Shown: in pieces, positions 54,382-64,000 of the stretch | How positions within the stretch are numbered: the stretch's first letter is position 1 | Layout: each line of letters opens with the position of its first letter | From: a bacterium | GTDB taxonomy: Bacteria > Patescibacteriota > Minisyncoccia > Minisyncoccales > UBA10102 | DNA length: 64,000 bases | Direction of reading: 5' to 3' | Assembly: GCA_030647485.1 (NCBI GenBank) | Contig: JAUSJT010000003.1 | Location: 9,092 to 73,091 of the forward strand | Notes under the pieces: generated by a model | The model's database searches: none | The model's input: the letters and a program-made list of their open reading frames with translations, nothing else | What the model was told of the DNA's origin: nothing | Made by a program: the position numbers and the translations under genes

Positions 54382-55227
54382 ATGAAGTTCATTCCGCTTG
54401 ATAAGTCGTGGATCATCCGCATGGGTGTGTTGGATCTAATCCACGGCTACTCCGACATTGTTCTTTTCCTTAACACCCAGACAACTTTGTCCGATGACCT
54501 GCTCGCGTTGAAACGAGCCTGCAACGCATGGAATACCGACAGCTCGATTGAAGTCGGCGAGTCTGGTACTCTCTACCGTTTTCTCCAATTTGCCTCTTGG
54601 AAACTCAATCTCAAAAAGAGATTCGTGACCGAAGGCACTTTGAGAGAAAGAAGAATTGGGCAAGACTCATCGATTGTTAACTTGACCCAGCGAGAACTGC
54701 TCGAGTTACCAGATGAGCCGACCTCTCAATGGGCGAGTGCTGCCGTGCTTCTTGGAGACGAGGAGCGCTTGATAGACGCACCCTACAAACTTCGAGTGAC
54801 CTACGAAGCTGTCGACCACTGGCGAAGCCGACGAAGTGAAGGAAAGACCTGGCAGCCAAGAGAAGACCCGACGATCCGTGTCCAAGCTGAAACCTTCGTG
54901 GAGTTGCTTCGAGGTGAAAGGCCGGACTTTGTTCCGCTTCAAGCCGAGGACTACTGCTTTGCACGCATATTCGGTTACATCAGCAGAGAAGAAGGTGCGC
55001 GAAAGTGGCCTAACCTCTCTGGCCACGAGAGCAACCGACTCGAGGAAATGGAGAAGGTGCTAGTAGATGCTTTAGCTGGGCAGGAGATCGCCTCCAGGGA
55101 TCATCGTGTCATCCACGCGATTGTCATGTGGGGATTGGTGAACAAAATCGTGATTAAAGTTCGCTATCCTGACGTGGTGCGTAAGAGCTGGCCGGAATTT
55201 TGGCAGTTCATCGACACGACGAACTAG
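54382..55227 (+). CDS. Shortened EPSP-synthase (AroA)-like protein
   Basis: DKS..IR, GESGTLYRF, SQWAS, ESNRL, DHR, VRKSWPEFW in AroA order; GGAGG RBS. Confidence 0.7.
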   Translation: MKFIPLDKSWIIRMGVLDLIHGYSDIVLFLNTQTTLSDDLLALKRACNAWNTDSSIEVGESGTLYRFLQFASWKLNLKKRFVTEGTLRERRIGQDSSIVNLTQRELLELPDEPTSQWASAAVLLGDEERLIDAPYKLRVTYEAVDHWRSRRSEGKTWQPREDPTIRVQAETFVELLRGERPDFVPLQAEDYCFARIFGYISREEGARKWPNLSGHESNRLEEMEKVLVDALAGQEIASRDHRVIHAIVMWGLVNKIVIKVRYPDVVRKSWPEFWQFIDTTN

Positions 55228-55252
55228 CATTGAGCCCAATCGGTAACTTCGT

Positions 55253-55288
55253 GAGCCTCGCACTTCGTTTAGTGAGAGGCTCTTTTTC
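55253..55288 (+). terminator. Terminator after the AroA-like gene
   Basis: GAGCCTCGCACT...AGTGAGAGGCTC-TTTTT. Confidence 0.7.
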
Positions 55289-55441
55289 TAAAATTGAAAT
55301 TTTCATACCTTGCCACAATGTATTGCCTCCCAGTTACAATCTGTGCAAACCCCTTGCTCTAGACTGCTTTTTGTTTGGGTTTTTCAGTCATTTGGGGTAG
55401 TATAATAGTAACGCATTCTATTAATTTCTTGACATGATATA

Positions 55442-56503
55442 ATGAAACTACTTGGTTCTTTTAAATTCCTGCCTCGTAATTCCGTGGGCATTGACATTGG
55501 CACCTCTTCTTTAAAGGTAGTGGAGCTTTCACGATGGGGTTCAAGAAGAACTCTGAAGAATTATGGGGAGATTCAGGCATCTCGCCTCTATGATAAACCA
55601 TTTAGGACGTTTGAGAAAAACACCCTCATGCTTTCCAGTCAAGACATTGCGAGAGGGGTGCGCGCCATTTGTCAGGAAGCAAAGATAGAAACAAAAGAGG
55701 CGGTATTCTCCATCCCTGATTTTTCTTCCTTCTTCACCTACTTTGAGCTTCCTGCGATGAGTAAAGAAGAGCTTCCTCAGGCAGTGCAGTACGAGGCGAG
55801 AAAGCATGTGCCGCTCCCTTTTGCCGAAGTGACCTTTGACTGGCAAGTTATTGAGAAGCCTTCCCCTGGCGCAAAAACACCGCTCAAGATCCTTCTAGTT
55901 GCGGTGCCCAACGAAGTGATAAACCAGTACCAGGAGATTGCGCAGGGTTCGGGACTTCGGCTGTCCGCGCTTGAAGCAGAAGTATTCGGCTTGATACGGT
56001 CTTTTTTCAGAGAGGAGAAATCCCCTGCTGCCGTGCTGGATATCGGGGCGCAGACAACCACCATCAACGTTGTATGGAAAGGACAGCTGCGCAACTCCCA
56101 CGGCATAGATATTGCAGGAAACGGTTTCACAGAACGGATTTCCCAATCGTTGCTCATTGATTTTTCCAAAGCGCAGGAATTAAAAAGCCAAAAGGGGCTT
56201 TTGAGCCCCGATATCGTGAGCATCCTGTCTCCTCTTATTGATATGATTGTGATGGAGGTACAGAACATTGCGCAGAGCTTTGAAGAGCGGGAAGGAGCAA
56301 GGATAGAGAAGATTGTTCTAGGAGGAGGATCGGCAAGAATGCCAGGGTTGAAAGAATACTTTGAAAAAAATCTTGCAAAGGAGATTGAGATCCTAGATCC
56401 CTTCCGAAGCCTATTTGTTCCCCCTATCTTAGAGCAAACCTTAAAAGAGATGGGGCCTTCGTATGCCGTAGCAGTAGGTATGGCATTACGGGGATTAGAG
56501 TAG
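55442..56503 (+). CDS. pilM: Type IV pilus assembly protein PilM (second copy)
   Basis: VGIDIGTSSLK, VLDIGA, IVLGGGSA, AVAVGMALR. Confidence 0.92.
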   Translation: MKLLGSFKFLPRNSVGIDIGTSSLKVVELSRWGSRRTLKNYGEIQASRLYDKPFRTFEKNTLMLSSQDIARGVRAICQEAKIETKEAVFSIPDFSSFFTYFELPAMSKEELPQAVQYEARKHVPLPFAEVTFDWQVIEKPSPGAKTPLKILLVAVPNEVINQYQEIAQGSGLRLSALEAEVFGLIRSFFREEKSPAAVLDIGAQTTTINVVWKGQLRNSHGIDIAGNGFTERISQSLLIDFSKAQELKSQKGLLSPDIVSILSPLIDMIVMEVQNIAQSFEEREGARIEKIVLGGGSARMPGLKEYFEKNLAKEIEILDPFRSLFVPPILEQTLKEMGPSYAVAVGMALRGLE

Positions 56504-56507
56504 TTCT

Positions 56508-57050
56508 ATGGTAGAAATTATTCCAAAGCAAAAATTAGAGTATCCCGTCTGGACTCAAGCTCTCTTTTTTGGGTCCATGCTTTTCCTGTTGGTCGCGATA
56601 GGAGGGTTTTTCCTTACTCTCCAGCTCCAAGGCAGGGCGCAGAAAGAATTGGAAAGGATCCAGGGAGTTTTGGCGCAAGGAAAAACGCCAGAGGAGGTGC
56701 TCCAAGAGCAATCCATATTCCGCTACAAAGATAAGTTCAATGATTTTGCATCACTTGCGGCAGAGAGAAATGACGTGCGCCCCGTGTTTGAGTTTTTGGA
56801 AGCATACACGCATTACAGGGTTGTGTTCACGACGATTAATCTAGAACCAAAGCTTCGCACGCTCAAACTCGTAGGCGCCACCCAGGATTTCAGAACATTG
56901 CAAGAGCAGATGGCCATTTTCCAAAACAGGGAAGAACTTACGGGGCTGACCCTTTCCAATATCGTGCTGGGAGAAAAGGGGCAGGTCGTATTCCAGCTGG
57001 GAATGGGGCTTGCCTCAAGTCTTTTGACTTCCTCAATCTCAAACCCATGA
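56508..57050 (+). CDS. PilN-like protein
   Basis: MVEIIP start, TM helix, operon position. Confidence 0.7.
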   Translation: MVEIIPKQKLEYPVWTQALFFGSMLFLLVAIGGFFLTLQLQGRAQKELERIQGVLAQGKTPEEVLQEQSIFRYKDKFNDFASLAAERNDVRPVFEFLEAYTHYRVVFTTINLEPKLRTLKLVGATQDFRTLQEQMAIFQNREELTGLTLSNIVLGEKGQVVFQLGMGLASSLLTSSISNP

Positions 57051-57559
57051 ACAGATTCTTTTTAAGTATTGTTCTTATCGGAAGCTCTCTCATCTTTGGG
57101 GTCTTTGTGGCTTTGCCGCGCTTTCAGGAATTTTCCGCGGTCTCCAAAGAGCTGAACGTGAAACGGGCAGAATTGGAAAGCAGAGAAAGCTATTTTGCCC
57201 ATCTCAAAGATCTTCAAGATCGCATCAATTCAGAAGAATTGGTTGCAAAGATTGACGCTGCAATACCTAACGACCCCCAGCTTCCCGCGCTCCACGATTT
57301 TCTGCAGTCTACAGCTGCAGGGTCTGGTTTGTCGTTGCGCTCTATTACGGCTTCACAGGGCGCTTTACCCCAGGGGGCACGCCTGCAGCGCGTTAGCGCG
57401 TCTTTGCAGCTCGGAGGATCATATGAAGGGTTAAAAGTGTTTCTTTCCAGCTTATTGCGCGCTTCCCGCATGACCGATGTAGAGTCTATCAATTTTTCCA
57501 GTCCCCAAGCAGGAACGGGATTCGTGTTTAACATTCGCACAAGCTCATATTCGTATTAA
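57047..57559 (+). CDS. PilO-like protein
   Basis: TM, coiled coil, AIP...SGL.L..I...GSYEGLK.FL. Confidence 0.8.
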   Translation: MNRFFLSIVLIGSSLIFGVFVALPRFQEFSAVSKELNVKRAELESRESYFAHLKDLQDRINSEELVAKIDAAIPNDPQLPALHDFLQSTAAGSGLSLRSITASQGALPQGARLQRVSASLQLGGSYEGLKVFLSSLLRASRMTDVESINFSSPQAGTGFVFNIRTSSYSY

Positions 57560-57564
57560 ATCAC

Positions 57565-57843
57565 ATGGCGTTCACCCTATTACAAAGAAAAAAAATGCAG
57601 CAGGGGCTTATCCTAGTCCTTATCGCAGTTCTCTTTATCACGGCTACCGTGCTTTGGTTAGGGTTCTTTCAGAAGGGGCCATCTCTTGCAGGGCCTCAGG
57701 GCACCATGAGACCCGCGCTCCAGCAAATTGAGATAAACTTTAATGTGCTGTCTCTTCCTCTGTTGCAAGAGTTGAACGCTCCTGCAGAACCGGTGCTGGA
57801 ACCTTTGATCAAGGGGAGAAATAATCCGTTCCTTCCTTTCTAG
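57565..57843 (+). CDS. Small membrane protein (PilP position)
   Basis: One TM, C-terminal GRNNPFLPF. Confidence 0.65.
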   Translation: MAFTLLQRKKMQQGLILVLIAVLFITATVLWLGFFQKGPSLAGPQGTMRPALQQIEINFNVLSLPLLQELNAPAEPVLEPLIKGRNNPFLPF

Positions 57844-57846
57844 CCC

Positions 57847-59598
57847 ATGAATATTATCCAGATATTAGTACAAAAGAATATTATCGATAAAGAAAAGGCT
57901 GGCCTTTTGCAGGAGGAAGCTCGGTCTTCTGGATTAAAGCCAGAAGAGGTTATCTTAAAAGAAAAGATTGTCGCAGAGGATTTTCTGTTTCAGCTTAAGG
58001 GCGAAGCGTTGAAGATGCCTCTGGTGCAAGTGGCGCCCAAGGATATTCCTTTAAAGGTGTTGGAGCTTATCCCTGAGGATTCTGCAAAGTACTACCGCAT
58101 GATTCCCTTTGCAAAGCAGGATGGTACCTTGGATATTGGCATGGTATATCCTGAAGACCCCAAGGCCCAGGAAGCCTTAAAGTTTCTTGCGAGGCAAGGG
58201 AATTTTTCTTCCAGGGTGTCTTTGATTTTGCCTTCTACCCTTGATTCTTTGCTCCGCCAGTACCGAACGCTCAAAGAGGGAGGCACTCAAGCCTTGCAGG
58301 AACTTGAAGAAGAGATCAAAAGGGGGTGGGAAGACCGTGCTCCTTCGGGACTGGCCGAGCTTCAGCGTTTGGTAGAGGAGGCGCCCATTACAAAAATGGT
58401 TGCGGTGATTCTTAGGAACGCGGTGGAAGGGAAGGCGTCCGATATCCATATCGAGCCCACAAAAGATAGCTTGAGGGTGCGCTTTCGTTTGCTCGGCGAG
58501 CTGTATTCTTCCCTTCTTTTGCCAAAGCGTATTCATGGCGCAATTATTTCTCGAGTTAAGATTCTAGCAAATCTGAAGATTGATGAGGCGAGGATTCCTC
58601 AAGACGGGAGATTCTCAACAACGATAGACGAGAAAGCTATTGACTTTCGCGTTTCAACCTTCCCGACTGCTTTGGGAGAGAAGGTTGCCATACGCGTTCT
58701 GGATCCTGACGTAGGATTGAAGAGTTTTGAGAAGTTAGGCCTGGAAGGAACAAACTTGTCATTGGTGAAGGAGGCCATACAAAGGGCGTTCGGCCTCATT
58801 CTTGTAACCGGCCCCACTGGTTCTGGGAAAACGACAACCCTGTATGCCATTTTGCGCGTGCTGAATAAAGAGGGGACGAACATTGTGAGCCTGGAAGATC
58901 CGGTAGAATACCTCATTGAGGGCATTAATCAATCTCAGGTAAGGCCGGAAATTGGGTATGATTTTCCTCAGGGACTGCGCCAGATCTTAAGGCAGGATCC
59001 AGACGTCATCATGGTAGGAGAGGTAAGGGACGAGGAAACCGCTTCCTTGGTTATTCACTCCGCGCTTACTGGGCATATCGTGTTTTCCACCCTGCATACG
59101 AATAATGTCATTGGGGTGATCCCAAGGTTGCTGGATATGGGGGTGGACAGGTACCTTATCTCTCCTTCTCTGGCTCTTGCCATATCCCAGCGATTGGTTC
59201 GGCGCCTGTGCGACCGGTGCAAAGAAAAGCAAGACCCCGCAAAAGGAATTGCAGATCTTATTGAGAAAGAAATGGAGAGGGCTCCCCTGAACGTTCAGAA
59301 GAGAGCGGCGCTTGTTCTTGGAGCTAAGGAAAAGGGAGTATCTATCTTTATTCCAAAAGGGTGCAAGGAGTGCGGAGGGTCTGGGTTCTCGGGACGCATT
59401 GGAATCTTTGAAATTTTGAAGATGACCCCAGAACTGCAGGAGATTGTCCTGAAAGATCCTTCGGAGACAAACATTGCAAAAGAAGCTAAAAGGCAGGGCA
59501 TGGCAACCATGCGCCAAGATGGCATTGTGAAGGTCTTGGACGGGGTCACCACCATAGAAGAGGTATTACGAGAAACAAGAGAAGAGCATAACCTATGA
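57847..59598 (+). CDS. pilB: Type IV pilus assembly ATPase PilB (second copy)
   Basis: ASDIHIEP, GPTGSGKT, RQDPD, CDRC and CKEC Zn motif. Confidence 0.94.
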   Translation: MNIIQILVQKNIIDKEKAGLLQEEARSSGLKPEEVILKEKIVAEDFLFQLKGEALKMPLVQVAPKDIPLKVLELIPEDSAKYYRMIPFAKQDGTLDIGMVYPEDPKAQEALKFLARQGNFSSRVSLILPSTLDSLLRQYRTLKEGGTQALQELEEEIKRGWEDRAPSGLAELQRLVEEAPITKMVAVILRNAVEGKASDIHIEPTKDSLRVRFRLLGELYSSLLLPKRIHGAIISRVKILANLKIDEARIPQDGRFSTTIDEKAIDFRVSTFPTALGEKVAIRVLDPDVGLKSFEKLGLEGTNLSLVKEAIQRAFGLILVTGPTGSGKTTTLYAILRVLNKEGTNIVSLEDPVEYLIEGINQSQVRPEIGYDFPQGLRQILRQDPDVIMVGEVRDEETASLVIHSALTGHIVFSTLHTNNVIGVIPRLLDMGVDRYLISPSLALAISQRLVRRLCDRCKEKQDPAKGIADLIEKEMERAPLNVQKRAALVLGAKEKGVSIFIPKGCKECGGSGFSGRIGIFEILKMTPELQEIVLKDPSETNIAKEAKRQGMATMRQDGIVKVLDGVTTIEEVLRETREEHNL

Positions 59599-59975
59599 GA
59601 ACAAAGATTGTGTTAGTTGAAGACGATCCGCTATTGATAGATATTTATTCCACCAAGTTCAAAGAGGCGGGCTTTGAGGTTTCAGTGGTAGACCGGGGAG
59701 ACGCGGCTCCGTCGTTCGTAGCAAAAGAAAAGCCGGATCTCGTGGTCTTGGATATTGTGCTTCCCCAGAAGGACGGTTGGGATATTTTGAGAATCGTAAA
59801 GTCCAATGAGAAGACAAAAAACGTCAAGGTTGTCATCCTGTCAAATCTTGGCCAGAAAGAGGAGATTGAAAAAGGCATGGCGCTGGGAGCCGCAGGGTAT
59901 CTTATCAAGGCGCATCACACGCCAAGCGAGGTCGTCAGGGAAATTAAGAAAATTCTTGCAGGACCCCAAGCATAA
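59595..59975 (+). CDS. Single-domain response regulator
   Basis: VLVEDD, PDLVVLDIVLP, ILSN, YLIK. Confidence 0.93.
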   Translation: MRTKIVLVEDDPLLIDIYSTKFKEAGFEVSVVDRGDAAPSFVAKEKPDLVVLDIVLPQKDGWDILRIVKSNEKTKNVKVVILSNLGQKEEIEKGMALGAAGYLIKAHHTPSEVVREIKKILAGPQA

Positions 59976-61045
59976 TGGCAACCGCAACAACACCCATTCA
60001 AGAGCTTCTTGAGCTTTCTCTAAAAGAAAAAGCCTCGGATCTTCATTTGTCGGTAGGGCATCCGCCGGTCTTGCGCATTGCGGGACGCTTGGTGCCTTTG
60101 ATCAAGAAAGCCGTGTTCTCCCCGGAAGATATCCAGCAGTTAGTGTTCTCTTTGATGACCGAGGATCAGAAAGACCGTCTGGTACGGGAAAAGGAAGTTG
60201 ATTTTTCCTATAACTTTGACGAAAGGGCGCGCTTTCGCATCAACGTATTCTACCAGAAGGGAGTGTTGAGTGCTGCGCTCCGCCTGATTCCAGCCCAAAT
60301 AAAGACCATAGATGAGTTGAATCTTCCCCCAATACTGCATCAGTTCGCAAACGCAACCCAGGGATTCATTTTAATCACGGGTCCCTCGTCCCACGGCAAA
60401 TCCACTACCTTGGCTGCCATCATAGACGAGATAAACCATACGAGAGCCGACCACATCATTACGATAGAGGACCCCATTGAGTACGTGTTCACGGACGACA
60501 AAGCGATCATTGATCAGCGTGAAGTGCGCCAGGACGCCTTGAGTTTTCCAACAGCGCTCCGCGCAACGTTCCGCCAGGACCCGGATGTGATTATGGTGGG
60601 AGAAATGAGGGACGCTGAAACCATTGCTACGGCCATTACAGCGGCAGAAACAGGGCATCTCGTGTTTGCAACCCTTCATACTAACTCTGCCTCTCAGACC
60701 GTTCACCGAATAGTAGATTCTTTTGCCCCAGAACAGCAGGCGCAGGTGCGTTCACAGCTTTCAGGGTCTTTGCTGGGCGTGGTGTCTCAGCGTTTGGTGC
60801 CGCGCATCAAAGGAGGGCTTATCCCGGCAGCCGAGATCATGATTTCAAATCCTGCGGTAGCCAACCTTATCCGGGAAAACAAGATTCACGAGCTTCCCTT
60901 AGTTATTGAGACTTCAGCTGAGATAGGCATGATCTCGTTGAACAGGGCGCTGGCAAATTTGGTGCGCGCCAGGGAGGTTACCCTAGAGAACGCGCTCACC
61001 TATTCTTTGAACCCCGCAGAGCTTCGCGCGCTAGCGAGGAGTTAG
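59975..61045 (+). CDS. pilT: Pilus retraction ATPase PilT
   Basis: ASDLHL, GPSSHGKSTT, TIEDPIE, AAETGHLV, NLIRE. Confidence 0.94.
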   Translation: MATATTPIQELLELSLKEKASDLHLSVGHPPVLRIAGRLVPLIKKAVFSPEDIQQLVFSLMTEDQKDRLVREKEVDFSYNFDERARFRINVFYQKGVLSAALRLIPAQIKTIDELNLPPILHQFANATQGFILITGPSSHGKSTTLAAIIDEINHTRADHIITIEDPIEYVFTDDKAIIDQREVRQDALSFPTALRATFRQDPDVIMVGEMRDAETIATAITAAETGHLVFATLHTNSASQTVHRIVDSFAPEQQAQVRSQLSGSLLGVVSQRLVPRIKGGLIPAAEIMISNPAVANLIRENKIHELPLVIETSAEIGMISLNRALANLVRAREVTLENALTYSLNPAELRALARS

Positions 61046-61067
61046 GTTGTAGGTTGTAGCTTGTAGG
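61043..61067. repeat. Left heptamer arm of the four-helix-bundle cassette
   Basis: TAGGTTG-TAGGTTG-TAGCTTG-TAGG. Confidence 0.75.
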
Positions 61068-61070
61068 AAC

Positions 61071-61436
61071 ATGGGAATACAGAGCCACAGAGATTTAATA
61101 GTTTGGCAAAAAGCAATGGAGTTAGTGACTTTTGTATATGAAGCGACGAATGCATTTCCTAAATCAGAATTATATGGACTTACATCACAGATGAGGAGAT
61201 CGGCAGTCTCCATACCTTCTAATATTGCAGAAGGCAGAAGAAGAGGTTCTCGAAAAGATTTTCGAAACTTTCTCATAAATGCGTATGGATCTGGCGCAGA
61301 ACTTGAAACCCAAATTGAAATAGCAAAACGGATTCAGATTGCTCCAGATGCCGATTACAGGCATATTGATGAACTTCTTATGGAGTGTATGCGTATGCTG
61401 AATAAGATGATTTCAAACCTACAACCTACAAGCTAA
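61071..61436 (+). CDS. Four-helix-bundle protein (23S rRNA IVS protein/Avd-like)
   Basis: DLIVWQKAM...FPKSELYGLTSQMRRSAVSIPSNIAEG...GS.AELETQ. Confidence 0.92.
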   Translation: MGIQSHRDLIVWQKAMELVTFVYEATNAFPKSELYGLTSQMRRSAVSIPSNIAEGRRRGSRKDFRNFLINAYGSGAELETQIEIAKRIQIAPDADYRHIDELLMECMRMLNKMISNLQPTS

Positions 61437-61450
61437 TTCCTACAAGCTAG
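61416..61450. repeat. Right heptamer arm (inverted)
   Basis: AACCTA-CAACCTA-CAAGCTA-attc-CTACAAGCTAG. Confidence 0.75.
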
Positions 61451-61451
61451 A

Positions 61452-62657
61452 ATGAAGTTTAATTATCAGGCACGAAACAAAAAAGGAGAGACCCAGACAG
61501 GGGTTATTGAGGCTTCTTCAAGAGATGCTGCGGCCCAGCTTCTTTCTCGCCACGACTTATACGTGACGCTTTTAGACGAGGAAAGGGCAGCTCCCGTGTA
61601 CTCAAGGCGCCTGGCGTTTCTTGATCGGGTTGCGGTGCGGGACATCATGCTGTTTTCCCGCCAATTGTCCATTATGTTCCAATCAAGGGTTTCTCTGGTA
61701 GAGGCGCTGCAGGTGCTAGGGTCTCAGATGAAGAACGCGAATTTTAAAGAGAAAATCTTTGAAATCTCAGAGAGCGTGGAAGGGGGCACTGCGTTTTCTC
61801 AGGCCATTGAAAAGTATCCCTCTATTTTCTCTCTTTTTTATGTGAATATGGTGAAATCTGGAGAGGCTTCGGGAACTCTTTCCGGGGTTCTTGACTATTT
61901 GGCAGACCATTTGGAGCGTGAGTATTACCTGGCGAGCAAAATCAAGGGGGCGCTTGTGTACCCCATGTTCATTGTGTTTCTTGCGGTAGCCGTGCTGTTT
62001 CTTATGATGTATTTTGTTATTCCGAACCTGAGCCGTGTGTTAGAATCAACGGGAGCAGAGCTCCCTGGGATTACCAAGATGGTGCTGTGGCTTGCAGGAT
62101 TTACAAGAGCATGGGGGTGGCTATTGTTTCTTTTCTCTGGAGTCGCAGCATTCATGGTGTTTAGATATAGCAAGACCAAGGAAGGAAAAAGGTTTTTTAG
62201 TATATTGTCTTTGCAGACCCCTGCTTTAAAGCAGTTTCTCTCCATGGTTTATCTTTCCCGTTTTGCAGAGAACCTGTCTACTTTAATAGCCGGAGGCCTT
62301 CCTATTGTTCAGTGTTTGGACATCACGGCAAACATCATTGGAAACGATGTATACAAGGACATCATAGAAGAGGCCAGGGAAGAGGTGAAGAAGGGGAGCC
62401 GAATTAGCCAGGTGCTCCAAAAGTATCCTTCCAAGTTTCCTCCCGTGTTTACGCAAATGGTATTCGTAGGAGAGAAATCTGGAACTTTAGACAAGAGCTT
62501 GATGAGTATCGTGCGGTTTTACCAGAAGGAAGTAGAAGGGGCCGTAGAGAGATTATTGAGCGTTCTGGAGCCAGCCCTTATCGTGGTGTTGGGACTGCTT
62601 GTGGGAGGAATGATGGCTGCGGTCATGCTGCCCCTATATAACATGGCTTCATTTTAG
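61452..62657 (+). CDS. pilC: Type IV pilus platform protein PilC (second copy)
   Basis: GEASG, ALVYP, GEKSG, LEP. Confidence 0.93.
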   Translation: MKFNYQARNKKGETQTGVIEASSRDAAAQLLSRHDLYVTLLDEERAAPVYSRRLAFLDRVAVRDIMLFSRQLSIMFQSRVSLVEALQVLGSQMKNANFKEKIFEISESVEGGTAFSQAIEKYPSIFSLFYVNMVKSGEASGTLSGVLDYLADHLEREYYLASKIKGALVYPMFIVFLAVAVLFLMMYFVIPNLSRVLESTGAELPGITKMVLWLAGFTRAWGWLLFLFSGVAAFMVFRYSKTKEGKRFFSILSLQTPALKQFLSMVYLSRFAENLSTLIAGGLPIVQCLDITANIIGNDVYKDIIEEAREEVKKGSRISQVLQKYPSKFPPVFTQMVFVGEKSGTLDKSLMSIVRFYQKEVEGAVERLLSVLEPALIVVLGLLVGGMMAAVMLPLYNMASF

Positions 62658-62695
62658 TTTTCCACATTGTACTTGACATGGGTTCATTGTATACT

Positions 62696-63163
62696 ATGAA
62701 AATGCACGCTTCACGAGGTTTTACCCTGATTGAGCTTCTGGTTGTCATTGCGATTATCGGGATTTTGTCTTCTACCATATTGGTATCTTTGGGAGGAGCG
62801 CGCCAGAAGGCAAGGGATGCAAGGCGTCAGGCAGATTTGAGCCAGATTGTTCTTGCCATGGAGCTTGATTATTCAGACGATGAAAAATATTCCCAATATA
62901 CCGTTGATGAATGGAAAGTAGCAGAGATTCCTAAGGGCACGGGGACATATCTAGATCCCGCTCCCCAGGATCCTTTAGGTGTTCCGTATACCTGGATTAA
63001 TAATTCAATTGGAGCCACCACGGAATGTGGAGATCAGCGATATTGCGTGTATGCGGATCTGGAAGAGGCTGGATATTTTGCCGCGTCACCCAAGGGGGCA
63101 AGAAAGCTAGATTATAATCCTGCGACAGGAGGGCCAAACCCAGGCAAGTGTCCGTGCTGGTAA
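62696..63163 (+). CDS. Type IV pilin
   Basis: RG|[14 protein letters not shown]...ARDARR.AD; C-terminal cysteines. Confidence 0.9.
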   Translation: MKMHASRGFTLIELLVVIAIIGILSSTILVSLGGARQKARDARRQADLSQIVLAMELDYSDDEKYSQYTVDEWKVAEIPKGTGTYLDPAPQDPLGVPYTWINNSIGATTECGDQRYCVYADLEEAGYFAASPKGARKLDYNPATGGPNPGKCPCW

Positions 63164-63238
63164 TAACAAGAAAAACGTCGTAGAATATATATAGATACAT
63201 AATTCAAGGTCGATACATATAGTAGGAGATATAACGTT

Positions 63239-63739
63239 ATGGAACACATTTTTTTATCAAAATCAAAACAGAAGGGTTTTACGCTCATTGAGCTGTTGGT
63301 GGTTATTGCTGTTATTGGCATGCTGGCCTCCATTGTGTTGGTTTCTCTTGGGCCAGCAAGAGCAAAAGCAAGAGACGCAAAACGAATCGCTGATGTTAGT
63401 AGTTTAAAGCTTTCTATGGAAATGGAGGCAGCAAGCGGACTTTCAACGGCGATGACTGGATGTACTGCAGCAAACGCCAATATAAACTTATGTACTGGCT
63501 CCGCATTCACAATATTTGCCAATGTTAAAGATCCTTCTATTGCAGCAACTCCAGTTATGTGTGCTTCCGGTGGGGCCGCAGGCTGTCAGTACAGTATTTC
63601 AAAAGCTGATGGAACTCTTGGGGCAACGATTGATAACTACAGGATTTGCTTTTTCTTGGAGCAATCAACATCAGCACAGTTTACCGCTGGATTGAACAAA
63701 GTTATAAACGGAGGCGTATTTTCAGCTGGCTGTCCGTAA
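63239..63739 (+). CDS. Type IV pilin
   Basis: KG|[14 protein letters not shown]; AGGAG RBS; six cysteines. Confidence 0.9.
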   Translation: MEHIFLSKSKQKGFTLIELLVVIAVIGMLASIVLVSLGPARAKARDAKRIADVSSLKLSMEMEAASGLSTAMTGCTAANANINLCTGSAFTIFANVKDPSIAATPVMCASGGAAGCQYSISKADGTLGATIDNYRICFFLEQSTSAQFTAGLNKVINGGVFSAGCP

Positions 63740-63811
63740 TGAAAGAAGGGTAGGGAGAGATTGAATCACCACCTTTAAAGGTCGGGTAAACATATCTTGA
63801 ATCTTTAATAT

Positions 63812-64000
63812 ATGTTCCAAACAAAACAAAAAGGATTTACGTTGATTGAATTATTGGTGGTTATTGCCATTATTGGTATCTTGGCAGGCATTGTGCTTGT
63901 TTCTCTGGGAGGAGCAAGGGCAAACGCGAGGGATGCAAGGAGAAACGCAGACATGCGCCAGTTTAGCACGGCAATGGAGCTGTGCTATGACGACCAGATC
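63812..64000 (+). CDS. Type IV pilin, 3'-truncated by window edge
   Basis: MFQTKQKG|[18 protein letters not shown]...ARDARR. Confidence 0.88.
   Translation, partial: MFQTKQKGFTLIELLVVIAIIGILAGIVLVSLGGARANARDARRNADMRQFSTAMELCYDDQI

Noticed and set aside
61071-64000. Diversity-generating retroelement (Avd-like gene near pilins)
   Set aside because: No reverse transcriptase and no template/variable repeat pair differing at adenines was seen in the window.
1-64000. Prophage, IS transposase, rRNA or alternative genetic code
   Set aside because: No such genes were recognised; TGA terminates many genes normally (e.g. pilB, gyrA, valS), consistent with code 11.

Overview
This is a compact, gene-dense bacterial window. 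Gene content and repeat style suggest Candidate Phyla Radiation/Parcubacteria (inference). It carries two type IV pilus clusters (1.4-16.6 kb and 55.4-64 kb) and housekeeping genes (rny, infB, rbfA, rplS, ftsH, rpsA, gyrA, valS, tsaD, recG). There is also a B12-dependent ribonucleotide reductase operon (nrdR, intein-bearing nrdJ, adenosyltransferase, putative transporter) and 20 intact tRNA genes, including Ile(UAU) and Arg(GCG). The most notable accessory layer is mobile-looking DNA with no integrase or transposase in the window. (i) An AT-rich restriction-modification/HNH-DGQH cassette and a four-helix-bundle gene each sit directly before a pilC and are each bracketed by inverted heptamer-repeat arms. 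(ii) Three free-standing homing-endonuclease-like genes lie just behind tRNA 3' ends, one followed by an orphan tRNA 3' half. (iii) Two families of covarying structured repeats sit mostly next to tRNAs. (iv) A 156-bp MITE-like insert regenerates a start codon. (v) Many in-frame palindromic insertions occur inside conserved genes. (vi) A tRNA-Pro relic is broken by nested hairpins. All calls come from reading motifs by eye; no database searches were run.
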